Shown: positions 23,800 to 36,704 of the stretch, one piece after another
Layout of the letters: the number at the start of each line of letters is the position of its first letter
Numbering within the stretch: the stretch's first letter is position 1
Source: Tegillarca granosa
Lineage: Eukaryota
Direction of reading: 5' to 3'
Assembly: GCA_029721355.1 (NCBI GenBank)
Contig: CM056605.1
Span: forward strand, 4,342,108-4,406,107
DNA: 64,000 bases
The notes under the pieces: model-generated
What the model saw: the letters and a program-made list of their open reading frames with translations, nothing else
Databases searched by the model: none
What the model was told of the DNA's origin: nothing
Position numbers and translations under genes: made by a program

Positions 23800-26700
23800 T
23801 GAGATACAATGAGAAAGATAACACAGACTCAGTAAGCTATAAGTCAGATTGACTCAAATAAGACAGATTCAGCAAGCTATAGTCAGATTGACTCAAATAA
23901 GACAGAATTAGCAAGCTATAAGTCAGATTGACCCAAATAAGACAGACTCAGCAAGCTATATGTCAGATTGAATCAAATAAGACAGACTCAGCAAGCTATA
24001 AGTCGGATTGACTCAAATAAGACAGACTCAGCAAGCTATAAGTCAGATTGACCCAAATAAGACAGACTCAGCAAGCTATATGTCGGATTGACTCAAATAA
24101 GACAGACTCAGCAAGCTATAAGTCAGATTGACTCAAATAAGACAGACTCAGCAAGCTATATGTCGGATTGACTCAAATAAGACAGACTCAGCAAGCTATA
24201 AGTCGGATTGACTCAAATAAGACAGACTCAGCAAGCTATAAATCAGATTGACCCAAATAAGACAGACTCAGCAAGCTATATGTCGGATTGACTCAAATAA
24301 GACAGACTCAGCAAGCTATAAGTCAGATTGACTCAAATAAGACAGACTCAGCAAGCTATAAGTCAGATTGACCCAAATAAGACAGACTAAGCAAGTTATA
24401 AGTCAAATTGACCCGAATAAGGCAGACTTGGCAAGCTATTAGTCAGACTGAATCAAATATGACAGACTCAGCAAGCTATAAACTGGATTGACCCAAATAA
24501 GACAGACTCGGCAAGCTATAAGTCAGATTGAATCAAATAAGAGAGACTCACCAAGCTATAAGTCGGATTGACTCAAATAAGACAGACTCAGCAAGCTAAA
24601 AGTCAGATGACTCAAATAAGATAGACTCAGCAAGCTATAAGTCAGATTGACTCAAATAAGACAGACTCAGCAAGCTATATGTCGGATTGAATCAAGACAG
24701 ACTCAGCAAGCTATAAGTCCGATTGACTCAAATAAGACAGACTCAGCAAGCTATAAGTTGGATTGACTCAAATAAGACAGACTCGACAAGCTATAAGTCG
24801 GACTGACCCAAATAAGACAGACTCAGCAAGCTATAAGTTAGATTGAATCAAATAAGACAGACTCAGCAAGCTATAAGTCAGATTGACTCAAATAAGACAG
24901 ACTCAGGAAGCTATTATTCAGATTGACTCAAATAAGACAGACTCAGCAAGCTAAAAGTCGGATTGAATCAAGACAGACTCAGCAAGCTATAAGTCAGATT
25001 GAATCAAATAAGACAGACTTAGCAAGCTATAAGTTGGATTGACTCAAATAAGACAGACTCAGCAAGCTATAAGTCGGATTGACCCAAATAAGACAGACTC
25101 AGCAAGGTATAAGTTTGATTGACTCAAATAAGACAGCAAGCTATAAGTCAGATTGAATAAAAAAAGACAGACTCAGCAAGCTAAAAGTTGGATTGACTTA
25201 AATAAGACATACTCAGCAAGCTATAAGTCGGATTGACTCAAATAAGACAGACTCAGCAAACTATAAGTGGGATTGACCGAATAGACAGACTCAGCAAGCT
25301 ATAAGTTGGATTGACCCAAATAAGACAGACTCAGCAAGCTATAAGTCGGATTGACTCAAATAAGGCAGACTCAGCAAGCTATATGTCAGATTGAATCAAA
25401 TAAGACAGACTCAGCAAGCTATAAGCCGGATTGACCCAAATAAGGCAGACTAAGCAAGCTATATGTCAGATTGAATCAAATAAGACAGACTCAGCAAGCT
25501 ATAAGTCAGATTGACTCAAATAAGACAGACTCAGCAAGCTATATGTCGGATTCACTCAAATAAGACAGACTCAGCAAGCTATAAGTCAGATTGACTCAAA
25601 TAAGACAGACTCAGCAAGCTATAAGTCAGATTGACCCAAATAAGACAGACTCAGCAAGTTATAAGTCAAATTGACCCAAATAAGGCAGACTTGGCAAGCT
25701 ATAAGTCAGACTGAATCAAATAAGACAGACTCAGCAAGCTATAAGTTGGATTGAATAAAAAAAGACAGACTCAGCAAGCTATAAGTCGGACTGAATCAAA
25801 AAAGAGAGACTCATCAAGCTATAAGTCGGATTGACTCAAATAAGACAGACTCAGCAAGCTATAAGTCAGATGACTCAAATAAGACAGACTCAGCAAGCTA
25901 TAAGTCAGATTGACTCAAATAAGACAGACTCAGCAAGCTATAAGTCAGATTGAATCAAGACAGACTCAGCAAGCTATAAGTCAGATTGACTCAAATAAGA
26001 CAGACTCAGCAAGCTATAAGTTGGATTGACCCAAATAAGACAGACTCGGCAAGCTATAAGTCGGACTGACCCAAATAAGACAGACTCAGCAAGCTATAAG
26101 TCAGATTGACTCAAATAAGACAGACTCAGCAAGCTAAAAGTCGGATTGAATCAAGACAGACTCAGCAAGCTATAAGTCAGATTGAATCAAATAAGACAGA
26201 CTTAGCAAGCTATAAGTTGGATTGACTCAAATAAGACAGACTCAGCAAGCTATAAGTCGGATTGACCCAAATAAGACAGACTCAGCAAGGTATAAGTTTG
26301 ATTGACTCAAATAAGACAGCAAGCTATAAGTCAGATTGAATAAAAAAAGACAGACTCAGCAAGCTAAAAGTTTGATTGACTTAAATAAGACATACTCAGC
26401 AAGCTATAAGTCGGATTGACTCAAATAAGACAGACTCAGCAAACTATAAGTGGGATTGACCGAATAGACAGACTCAGCAAGCTATAAGTTGGATTGACCC
26501 AAATAAGACAGACTCAGCAAGCTATAAGTCGGATTGACTCAAATAAGGCAGACTCAGCAAGCTATATGTCAGATTGAATCAAATAAGACAGACTCAGCAA
26601 GCTATAAGCCGGATTGACCCAAATAAGGCAGACTAAGCAAGCTATATGTCAGATTGAATCAAATAAGACAGACTCAGCAAGCTATAAGTCAGATTGACTC

Positions 26701-27800
26701 AAATAAGACAGACTCAGCAAGCTATATGTCGGATTCACTCAAATAAGACAGACTCAGCAAGCTATAAGTCAGATTGACTCAAATAAGACAGACTCAGCAA
26801 GCTATAAGTCAGATTGACCCAAATAAGACAGACTCAGCAAGTTATAAGTCAAATTGACCCAAATAAGGCAGACTTGGCAAGCTATAAGTCAGACTGAATC
26901 AAATAAGACAGACTCAGCAAGCTATAAGTTGGATTGAATAAAAAAAGACAGACTCAGCAAGCTATAAGTCGGACTGAATCAAAAAAGAGAGACTCATCAA
27001 GCTATAAGTCGGATTGACTCAAATAAGACAGACTCAGCAAGCTATAAGTCAGATGACTCAAATAAGACAGACTCAGCAAGCTATAAGTCAGATTGACTCA
27101 AATAAGACAGACTCAGCAAGCTATAAGTCAGATTGAATCAAGACAGACTCAGCAAGCTATAAGTCAGATTGAGTCAAATAAGACAGACTCAGCAAGCTAT
27201 AAGTCAGATTGACTCAAATAAGACAGACTCGGCAAGCTATAAGTCGGATGACCCAAATAAGACAGACTCAGCAAGCTATAAGTTAGATTGAATCAAATAA
27301 GACAGACTCAGCAAGCTATAAGTCAGATTGACTCAAATTAGACAGACTCAGGAAGCTATAAGTCAGATTGACTCAAATAAGACAAGACTTAGCAAGCTAT
27401 AAGTTGGATTGACTCAAATAAGACAGACTCAGCAAGCTATAAGTCGGATTGACCCAAATAAGACAGACTCAGCAAGGTATAAGTTTGATTGACTCAAATA
27501 AGACAGCAAGCTATAAGTCAGATTGAATAAAAAAAGACAGACTCAGCAAGCTAAAAGTCGGATTGACTTAAATAAGACATACTCAGCAAGCTATAAGTCG
27601 GATTGACTCAAATAAGACAGACTCAGCAAACTATAAGTCGGATTGACCGAATAGACAGACTCAGCAAGCTATAAGTTGGATTGACCCAAATAAGACAGCA
27701 AGCTATAAGTCAGATTGAATCAAATAAGACAGACTCAGCCAGCTACAAGTCAGATTGACTCAAATAAGACAGACTCAGCAAGCTATTAGTCAGACTGACT
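23800..27800. repeat. A 4-kb minisatellite of about 100 copies of a 40-bp unit (GACAGACTCAGCAAGCTATAAGTCAGATTGACTCAAATAA), with a roughly 1.19-kb higher-order repeat.
   Basis: Variant unit GATTGAATAAAAAAAGACAGACTCAGCAAGCTAAAAGT recurs at 25151, 26335 and 27525. Variant ...GGACTGAATCAAAAAAGAGAGACTCATCAAGC recurs at 25741 and 26931. The array starts 13 bp from the exon 43 acceptor. Confidence 0.9.
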
Positions 27801-28461
27801 CAAATAAGACAGACTCAGTATGCTTTAAATCAGAATGAATGAAAAAGACGGTCTTAACATGGCACCAATAACATCAATGCATAGCAACATGCATACACAC
27901 ACACACACACACACACATAAATTAAAAAACAACTCATAATCAATAATATGAATCATCTCGAGAAACTTTTTTAAAACAATAATTATTATACCATTCAAGC
28001 CAACATTAAAACATTTTATCCACACAAACTAAAAACAATGTGTTTTTGTGAATCACTAAGCTTATAGCTGAGTAGCAGAAGGAAAAAAACAGCAAGACAT
28101 AATTAATTCCAGGTTTGAAGAAAGAAAGAAACAGAAAAATAGATATATAGATAGATATAGTTTAATTTTAGTTTAAATTGAGTTTGATGTGGATGTAAAA
28201 TAAGATAGTTTACGGTTAAATCTGACAAAACAGTCTACTGAAGTCAAAAAACAGTGTACTAAATGATATCTTAATTTTTGTGGTCAGTGGTTAGTTGAAA
28301 ATGGAAATTCTTTCCAAAACTGCACATTAAAATATACAATTTATAAAAAGAATAAAACTCAGAATGGAATGTTGAAAGTAAAGAAGGTTTTACAAGTAAA
28401 ATTATCATCAAACACTACATCATGAATTATTTCAATCACTTAGTATGTAATATAAACTTAC

Positions 28462-28568
28462 AAAAACTCTGCAATCATCTGACCCAGAAATGATGTTTTT
28501 GCCATCTACACTGTAAGCTATACATCTAACTGAGGCTGTGTGGGGTGTTGATTCATGCACCATTTTAC
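28462..28568 (-). CDS. TEP1: Exon 42, WD40.
   Basis: Acceptor taatttttacag|GT, donor TTT|GTAAGT. Peptide GKMVHESTPHTASVRCIAYSVDGKNIISGSDDCRVF. Confidence 0.8.
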
Positions 28569-28866
28569 CTGTAAAAATTATCAGTAAATGTCAATTATCA
28601 AAGGTCAATTAATGACACTTCAGTGAAAACCAAAATAAGACATCATGAAAGGAATGGAATAGAATGGATACCAATCAATCAAAATCAAAATATCAAGGTA
28701 TTTCGAAAAAGACATTGCAATACCTGTATATACACAAAAATATATTTATGTGTGTCAAATTTAAATTTCTCTATCTGTTGCTGTGTTTAAAAATTTTTCA
28801 ATATTTTTAAAAAGGTAACAATCAAGTTGCACAGTAAGTAGATGATTTGTAATTTTATAATTATAC

Positions 28867-29014
28867 CTGATAAAACATCAAAGACTCTAATCTGTCCTTC
28901 ATGATAACCTGTAGCTACACTATCTCCCTCTGGTGACAAGGCTATGGAAACTGCAGCTCCATGACTTTCTTCTCCCATACAATATACAGGCTTACCAAGG
29001 TGACCTGACCATAC
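28867..29014 (-). CDS. TEP1: Exon 41, WD40.
   Basis: Acceptor cacaataaaatag|GTA, donor G|GTATAA. Peptide VWSGHLGKPVYCMGEESHGAAVSIALSPEGDSVATGYHEGQIRVFDVLS, compared with human VQVWSGSLGRPRGHLGSLSLSPALSVALSPDGDRVAVGYRADGIRIYKISS. Confidence 0.85.
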
Positions 29015-29646
29015 CTATTTTATTGTGAAGAGGATGCATAAATTAAATTTTATGAATCAAATGAGAGAGAGAGAGAGTGAATAATTACAGGGCATTTATT
29101 AACTCTTTCCCCTATAACATGGATACAAATTTTCATTTTAAAAGATTAAAAGGAGATTAATGTTGTTTTTGACCTCAGTCAGTTTGTCAGGACAGAGACA
29201 GTAGAGTAAACTGGTGCCTCAGAAAACCACTTACTTTCAGCAAAGCAACAAAACGAACTCAAAAAGCATATGATATATTGTATGAGAATGCAAAAAGCAG
29301 TTGTTATCAGCAAGAAAAAAATCATTATCAAACCCCTACTTTACCCCATACCAAAAAGGTACACAAAATCATATCAAAATGCTACCTTTTTAAAGCTTCA
29401 TTTCTAACTATCACAAAAGGCACTAAGAAGGTATGCCACTTTTATACTATAGAAAAAGACAGAGATATAATATATCTCTAACTTTCAATGTTTAGCATGG
29501 TAGCACAATTTGTCAACACTCTTGATCAGAAAAACAATTTCCACTGATTGTTCTTTATACAGTCTGAAATATGACCTATGACCTATATTCTGTCCAACAG
29601 CATATTTGAGATTAACATGTTACAGAGATACTACATGTATATATAC

Positions 29647-29745
29647 CTTGACTTTATGATCATCACTAACGGTAACCAGTTCCTTCCCGGTTGGTGTAAA
29701 TATTAACTTGTTTATCGGTAAGCTGTGTCCTCTGATGTATCCAAC
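29647..29745 (-). CDS. TEP1: Exon 40, WD40.
   Basis: Acceptor aacttgacag|GTT, donor AAG|GTATAT. Peptide VGYIRGHSLPINKLIFTPTGKELVTVSDDHKVK. Confidence 0.8.
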
Positions 29746-30352
29746 CTGTCAAGTTTAATAAGTGTTTAATAATATATAATAGTGGCAAGTATTACATATA
29801 AACATTCACCAATAAATGTCCTATTAATTGTAATAGACAACTAGATAATTAAATCTCCAAATAACTTAAACTAATTCTAATTCCTTATTGTTTTGTTTTT
29901 ATTCATGTTCAAGCTCATTAACTGAAACACCTGTATAAATAATTATTTTAACTCATTTGCTTAGAATTGTTGCAGTTTCATTGTAAGAAACAGAAATATT
30001 TACAGGTGTAACATTAATCTATTTGATAAAAAAGCCACTTAGTTTTACTCATCTTTGTATATAGATGTTAGAAGTCCAACAAAAATGATGTGACCAAAAG
30101 TTGTTTTTGGTGAATTTAAATTTTTGTTTGGACATCTGATCAAATAATAAACATTACAAAGGAATATTCCTACTTATATGATATACATTAAATCTAATAA
30201 ACCTTTTAGGATAAAGCAAATAAAAGTCTACTTTTCAATTTGACTGGTTCTCTATGAATGATGTCACAAGGTTACACCTTTGCAGGTCATTATGGTCTCA
30301 GACAGGTACCTACTATACTACAGTCATTAGATACCAGTAATAATATACTTAC

Positions 30353-30472
30353 AGGTGTTCCATTTTGTGCTGCCCATATTTTAACATCTCCATCAAGGGC
30401 TGCTGAAGCTATATGTCTACCTGATGGTGAGTATGCAACATCTCTTACCGAAGTCTCATGTCCTCTTAAAAC
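30353..30472 (-). CDS. TEP1: Exon 39, WD40.
   Basis: Acceptor ttatttag|GTT, donor CCT|GTAAGT. Peptide VLRGHETSVRDVAYSPSGRHIASAALDGDVKIWAAQNGTP. Confidence 0.85.
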
Positions 30473-30786
30473 CTAAATAATACCACAATGAACTAAAATA
30501 TTAAAATATTTAACAAATTTTGTTGAATAATTATCAAATCTTAAAAGTGAGTTTATATCAATAACTCAACTACATGTAGTTATTATTCATGTTTTCTATT
30601 TAAATCTTAAATCTTAGTTCCCTAGTTCTGCCAAACCTTTTCACATATACATGTATCTCATCATTTTTTTAAAATTAATTTGTTGACCCCAAAACACTTG
30701 TTCAAGAATGCCATCATGAGCATTGACAACTTTTTAAATTGTTTTATTTTTCATTTGACCTGAACAAAAGAATATAAATCACTTAC

Positions 30787-30892
30787 TGCTTTCCTTGTTT
30801 TATGGAACACATCAAATATCTTCAATGTAGAATCCCAGCACCCTGTGACTATAAGCTGACCTTCTGGGTGAAATGCTACAGCATTAACTGGA
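30787..30892 (-). CDS. TEP1: Exon 38, WD40.
   Basis: Acceptor tactattacag|T, donor GCA|GTAAGT. Peptide SPVNAVAFHPEGQLIVTGCWDSTLKIFDVFHKTRKA, compared with human KSLNCVAFHPEGQVIATGSWAGSISFFQVDGLKVTKD. Confidence 0.85.
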
Positions 30893-31229
30893 CTGTAATA
30901 GTAACATAAATAAATTATTGTTTAGCTTTATAGAGTTCAAAATAATTTTCATTTTGACTATCTAATTACTTTTGTCCTGAACCATACATTAGTTTGTCAT
31001 TTGTTAATTACGAACAACAATGATTCAGCACTACCTTCTATAAGGATTCCTTTTATCATTCAAAATCACATAAAGTGCTGAGGCAATAATAAACAGAACT
31101 TCTCCTTACTTGTACATTAGGCCACAAGGTATTCCATAATAAAACATCTGAACTCTTGAATATCTCAAGAAAAAATTGCAAATAGTATATATAAATCCTT
31201 AGTGTATTTATAAACATGCTATCTACTGA

Positions 31230-31470
31230 AAGAGCGGAGTGGAATAAGGATGTTTTACTCCCATGTCAAGATTATTTCACTTCTATTGAAATGATCATGC
31301 AGTTCCGAGATTGTAGAAAAAATCCAGACAACCAGGAGAAAACCACCAACCTTAGCAAGTGAACTAAAAAACTTCCTCACACTTGGATCTGCCTGAGAGG
31401 GATTCAAACCTACCATAGGTGATGAAAGGTGCTATGTTAGTGTGCACTTTAGACTATTTGGCCTTGGGTG
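31230..31470 (-). mobile_element. SINE copy (minus strand) about 65 bp from the exon 37 donor.
   Basis: The reverse complement shows the head ...AGTCTAAAGTGCACACTAACATAGCACC...GGTTTGAATCCCTCTCAGG and the body GTGTGAGGAAGTTTTTTAGTTCACTTGCTAAGGTTGGTGGTTTTCTCCTGG. Confidence 0.6.
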
Positions 31471-31534
31471 CCCCTATTCACAGTAAGAACATTTTTTATA
31501 TATCCAGCAAAATATACATACATTTATTGCAATG

Positions 31535-31684
31535 TTCAACTTACCTTCCAACTTTCAAAAAACACTCTTTCTGTCCTTTAGACAAATTCCATACTATGAC
31601 AGTACAATCCCAGGAGGCTGAGGAAAGAAGTTTACCAGATGGGTCGGCAGCACATGATTTAATTCTTCTTGTATGCTCTTTAAA
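31535..31684 (-). CDS. TEP1: Exon 37, WD40.
   Basis: Acceptor tttctttttcag|G, donor AG|GTAAGT. Peptide RMHLFKEHTRRIKSCAADPSGKLLSSASWDCTVIVWNLSKGQKECFLKVG. Confidence 0.85.
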
Positions 31685-32079
31685 TAGATGCATCCTGAAA
31701 AAGAAATATGTCAAATTGTGAGCACAAGTAAAACAATTGACCTGATGATGAACAAGAGTGGTAAAAAAAAGAGCAGCACAAAGTTCATCTGCAGATCTAC
31801 AGATGTTGTCCATTACATATATGACAAAAGATTAGACAAGGCAAGTCAACTTTTTAATAGAAAACTGTTTCAATAGAGTTTTAAAGAAGCTGATATTTCA
31901 AGGTGACTCTCACTGCCAAACAAAGGAGTAAGTATGATAAAGTGACTTTAACACCCCTAAACGAAGAAGAAAGTATGGTAAGATGACTCTGACAACAATA
32001 AAAAATAGGGTGACTATCACAGAAAAAAAGCATAAAATAAAATTCAGACTCAACAATGATTGAATAAACTTTAAGGTAC

Positions 32080-32204
32080 CTGTGACCATCTTCAACATGC
32101 CATATACTGATTGTGTTGTCTAATGATGCACTACATAATAAATCTTTACCAGCAAAACATACGTCAGATATAGCATCAGCATGCCCTCTGTATGTACGTA
32201 TCTC
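32080..32204 (-). CDS. TEP1: Exon 36, WD40.
   Basis: Acceptor tttttttttttacag|GAG, donor AG|GTACCT. Peptide EIRTYRGHADAISDVCFAGKDLLCSASLDNTISIWHVEDGH. Confidence 0.85.
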
Positions 32205-32886
32205 CTGTAAAAAAAAAAAAAACACAGATAGAAAACTTGATCTGTCAGAATAAAAGATGCATGACAAATTGTACCAGACTGTGATTTTTTATTTATTTTG
32301 TAAGCATAAACTTAAATGTTACAACCAAGAGTACAGCAGAATGAAACAAAGTAAAACCCATTTTAGTTAGCCCTTGCTATTAAAGATTAGCCAACTGAAC
32401 TAATTCACTTGTTTAATATATTATCCATTTAATTAATCTTCTTGAGTTATGGATAATGTTTTTTTATAATAAGTAAATTTGACAATCATTAATGTAACCA
32501 TTGATTTTTTCAGCAATTAAAATTTTGAATGCTTTAAAATGTGTTTAGGCATATAAAGACTTTGTTTTAAGGTGATTTATTTATTGCAGAAACACACTTG
32601 ATCTAAACTATAACAAAGTAAAACTACAGCAAAATATAACCATTATACAGTCATTATTGATTACAGTACCATTATGTTTAACCATTATAATCAGTATTGG
32701 TTTATATATCAATAACCATTATACAGTCAGTATTGATTTAAGTACCATTATGTTTAACCATTATAATCAGTATTGGTTTATATATCAATAACCATGATAC
32801 AGTCAGTATTGGTCAATGTATCATTTTAGATTGATCTGGGTTAAAATATCAACAAGTGGTTAATCACGATCTAACAAAATACATAC

Positions 32887-32982
32887 CTGACCAGTTTGTA
32901 AATCATACAAACGAATTAAACAGTCCATAGCTCCACAAGCAAAATATTTACTGTCAGGAGAAATTGCAACACATGTAACAGG
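32887..32982 (-). CDS. TEP1: Exon 35, first WD40 repeat.
   Basis: Acceptor ttttcttctttcag|CCT, donor CAG|GTATGT. Peptide PVTCVAISPDSKYFACGAMDCLIRLYDLQTGQ, compared with human TAVAFSTNGQRAAVGTANGTVYLLDLRTWQEE. Confidence 0.8.
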
Positions 32983-33399
32983 CTGAAAGAAGAAAACAAC
33001 AAAATTAAATACAAGTGTTTTCAGAGTTTTTACTGCCCTAAAACTCTTTTCACCATGTTAGTTACAAACAATGCTATTGGGTAAATTTCATTCTTAAAAT
33101 CATTTATTTCAATAAAGGTAAATGCAATGGCCTTATTATATCAATGTTACATTTTACAAATTGACAGTATGTACTTGGAGCTTTTTGGTTCATGCACCAT
33201 TTAATTTTTAATGCTTGATTTATATGGCATACTTGGGAGAAGCAGCTGAAAAACAAATATAAAATCCTTATAAGGAATTTTAAAAAGCTCTGCATATTAT
33301 TTTTTGATGTACAAATTAAATACACAATCAGGTACATCAAAATGCATTTATTGCAGTGATATATGACACAAAACAATTTGTTGATTTTCATATTACAAC

Positions 33400-35036
33400 A
33401 AGAGGCCCAAGATGGCCCTAATTTGCTCACCTGAGTTTAAATGTAACTGGTATGTCTTGATAATACCTAGTAATTCATAACATGTTGCCTCAATAGAAGT
33501 GGTTTCAGATAACCTAATTTTTATTGTTTTGGTTTTTAGCTACATAGGTCACTGTGACCTACTTTTAGTAGCCAAAGCTACCAGAAACACAAATGAGAAT
33601 GGCAATGGTCTGAAGGTCTATTGACTAATATGAATGAAATCTGACCAGTAGTGTCTGAGAAGAAGTCTTTTGATGGATGTATGGATGGATGGCAGAGTTC
33701 CTATCCATAACAAAAGCTCACATGAGCAATTTTCAGATCCCGATTAAAGACTTTACAGATTTGACACATTAATTCAAATATTTCAAAAAAAAAAAGGTAA
33801 AATTTAACTGCAAATTATTTTTTTAAAAATTGTTCAATTAATTTAAATAATGTCACATAACAATGATTTTGTAAAACAAAAAAAAAAAAAAAAAAAACAA
33901 AAAACAAAACATAAAAAAAACAAAAAAAAATTCAAGGTTTTAGCTAAATCTTCATATCAGTATCACATGTATTTCAAAAATAATAATTCACTAAAAAAGT
34001 AAAAATTCATAACATCTCTTCCATGCACCATTGCATTGTAAGTCATAAAGTTCAGAATTAAAAAAAAAAAAAAAATGTAGCCTCAGTGGGATTTGAACCC
34101 TCGACCCTTGGGTTGCTAGAATTGAAAAAGAAAAAGGTAGGAAACCTAAATTGATTAATATTGTAATTTTGGTAAAAAGTACATTTGTGAATATTTACAA
34201 TGTATAAAAAATAAATGCAAAAACACGTAACCTAATTTTTCACAAAATTGTTGGAATTCACAAACTTGGTTTATAAGATGCTTTAGATGCCAAATATCAA
34301 ATCAGATTTTATCTCAGTGAAGTGATTTTGGAGAAAAATTTTTTTTTAGGTTTTCAACTATTTAGGTCAATGTAGCTATGGCAACCTAAAAAGTAAAAAT
34401 TCAAAAATTTCTTCCATGCACCATTGTAAGTCATAAAAATTCAGAAAATAAAAAAAAAAAATCCACTGGGATTTGAACCCTTGAAAATGAAAAAGGCCGA
34501 AAAAAGCGACTTGTGCTTTACAGAATTTCATGAAAATTGTCAAACATATGTTTCTTCACATAAGAAAATGATGTTTGGTTAAAGAGTTCACCTAAATTTA
34601 TTCATTTGTGTAATTTTTGTAAAAAAGTACTATTTACAAAATACAAAAAATAAACGCAAAAACGCGTAACCTAATTTTTCAAAAAAATTATTGAAATTCA
34701 CAAACTTGGTAAATAAGACGCCGTAGATGCCAAATATCACATCAGATTTTATCTCAGTGAAGTGGTTTTGGAGAAGAAGATTTTTTTAAGTTTTTAACTA
34801 TGTAGGTCATTGTGACCTACATTTGGTAGCTATGGCAACCAAAAACACAAATCTGAAAGGCAATGTTCTATAGATGCTTTTGACCAAGTTTAAACAAAAT
34901 GTGACCAGAGGTTTCTGAGAAGAAGTCGTTTGAAGCAATTGTTGACGGCGGACGGACGGACGGACGACGGAGGGTCTGCCTCTATTGATACCAATAGCTC
35001 ACATGAGCACTTTGTGCTCAGGTGAGCTAAAAATAG
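33400..35036. mobile_element. MITE/HINE-like element with GCTCACCTGAG / CTCAGGTGAGC terminal inverted repeats.
   Basis: 5' end CAAGAGGCCCAAGATGGCCCTAATTTGCTCACCTGAG. 3' end GCTCACATGAGCACTTTGTGCTCAGGTGAGCTAAAAATAG, a subterminal hairpin plus TIR. Internal duplicated ~400-bp blocks and an (ACGG)n tract lie near 34940. Confidence 0.55.
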
Positions 35037-35163
35037 TAGCCTAGTGCTATGTCATACATGAATTATACAGTAAACTTATTATTCTGCAAATTATGTTGAT
35101 TTATTATTAGTGAAAGCAACAGTTTAAAGGTATTAATGATAATAAATGTAACAAACATATTAC

Positions 35164-35326
35164 CTGAGATAAGCTACTAATAGTCAGATAACATGGGTCA
35201 GAGGTCGATGGTTTGTTATTCCATTCCATATACTCCTGTTTGTACTGTTCAGTACTAATGACCTCCCGATACACTTGGGAATCAGAAGGCTCATTAAGAG
35301 CCTGTTGCCATGTTAAAGCTGGGTAA
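35164..35326 (-). CDS. TEP1: Exon 34.
   Basis: Acceptor cttttatgtag|T, donor CAG|GTAATA. Peptide SYPALTWQQALNEPSDSQVYREVISTEQYKQEYMEWNNKPSTSDPCYLTISSLSQ, compared with human QYPRLLPQQAANQPLDSPLCHQASLLSRRWHLQHTLRWLNKPRTMKNQQSSSLSLAVSSSP. Confidence 0.7.
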
Positions 35327-35559
35327 CTACATAAAAGATAATGATTATGATTACTTTGTTTGGATAATAGTTTTTAAATACTAGTCTTTAAAACACCATA
35401 TGCCACAGAATGGGCATCTAAATCATAATATACATGTACATTCAATCACTTAACAACTTTGATTGGATAAATATGTTAAGAAAATCATTATCAAACTCAA
35501 TTAAAAAAAAAAGAATTTACAAGTGAGATATGTATAAAGATGATTTGGTAATCAACCTA

Positions 35560-35990
35560 AATTGTCTGAAATCTTATCGTCTGAATCAAAATTGTCTAGA
35601 TTTGTAATCTGAAAATATAATCCAGTCTGAATCAAAATTGTCTAGATATGTAATCAACTTAAACTGTCTGAAATCTAATCTAGTCTGAATCAAAATTGTC
35701 TAGATTTGTAATCTGAAAATATAATCTAGTCTGAATCAAAATGGTCTAGATTTGTAATCAACTCAAACTGTCTGAAAATCTAATCCTGTCTGAAATAAAA
35801 TGGTCTAGATTTGTAATCAACTCAAACTGGCTGAAAATCTAATCCAGTCTGAATCAAAATTGTTTAGATTTGAAATCAACTTAACTGTCTGAAAATATAA
35901 TCCAGTCTGAATCAAAATTGTTTAGATTTGAAATCAACTTAACTGTCTAAAAATCTAATCTAGTCTGCATCAAAACTGTACATAATTGTC
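35560..35990. repeat. About 7 tandem copies of a roughly 60-65-bp unit (TGTCTGAAAATCTAATCCAGTCTGAATCAAAATTGTCTAGATTTGTAATCAACTCAAAC).
   Basis: Direct repeats in the intron between exons 33 and 34. Confidence 0.8.
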
Positions 35991-36163
35991 CATCCTAAAA
36001 CTTCAACGATTGACATGGAAAATGATTATCACCCAAATGCCAGCGATATGTCATAAAGAACTAAGTAAGGATATTTGAATGGTAACAACAATGGTTTTAA
36101 TCTATCAGGCTTTTCTGTACTTTTTGTACATTAAGTGATAAAAAATGAAATAAGAAATCCTAC

Positions 36164-36269
36164 CTGTTTATGATATGGAGGTGTTTAGACACAAAGTTTT
36201 TATACTGCTGTACAAATGGTGATGATAACAATTTGTACTGTTCCTTCTCCATACCCTTGTTATTTAACA
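36164..36269 (-). CDS. TEP1: Exon 33.
   Basis: Acceptor ttgtattttcag|TG is chosen for phase continuity. The same frame stays open a further 190 nt upstream, so an alternative acceptor is possible. Donor AG|GTAGGA. Peptide VLNNKGMEKEQYKLLSSPFVQQYKNFVSKHLHIIN, compared with human ASSVPKEEQKLPEADVAVFRTFLRQQASILSQ. Confidence 0.6.
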
Positions 36270-36589
36270 CTGAAAATACAATATGAAAATACAAAGTAAA
36301 ACCTTCATCAACTAGAGTGTTTTCAAAAGACCAAATATGTTTCCCCATGGGTACATCATCAGCAATGTTACTAAAAGGCTGTGATTCTCTATTGATATAT
36401 GAAACACAATGTGTTGATATACTGTAAATAAGGATTTTTTTCGTCAGAAATAACATTTATATTGCGTACATAAAAATTACATTACTGAATACAGTAATTA
36501 TAAAATACACACAAATACACAAAATTGTAACACAAAATCCATGATTTAATCACGTAAATGTCAAATAAATCATGTGACTTAATATCTAC

Positions 36590-36704
36590 CTTTTTCCTGA
36601 TAATCCTCCATGAGTTGTGCTCCAAGCCCTAATTGACATTTTCTGTGTATAAACTTTAAGCAACATAAAACTTGTTCTAACTCCTTGAATTCTCCACCAA
36701 GTGA
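36590..36704 (-). CDS. TEP1: Exon 32.
   Basis: Acceptor ttgtttttag|TCA, donor G|GTAGAT. Peptide SLGGEFKELEQVLCCLKFIHRKCQLGLGAQLMEDYQEK, compared with human LQSGNRGLLSKFLTNLHVVAAHLELGLVSRLLEAHALY. Confidence 0.75.

Noticed and set aside
23800-27800. Possible CRISPR array, because of regularly spaced direct repeats.
   Set aside because: The sequence is eukaryotic. The units are contiguous with no unique spacers, and there are no cas genes. It is a minisatellite with higher-order structure.
34078-34490. GGGATTTGAACCC segments at 34078-34112 and 34455-34490 that look like the 3' ends of tRNAs.
   Set aside because: They are embedded in duplicated blocks of the MITE-like element and lack the remainder of a tRNA cloverleaf. 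They are probably relics of the element's composite origin.
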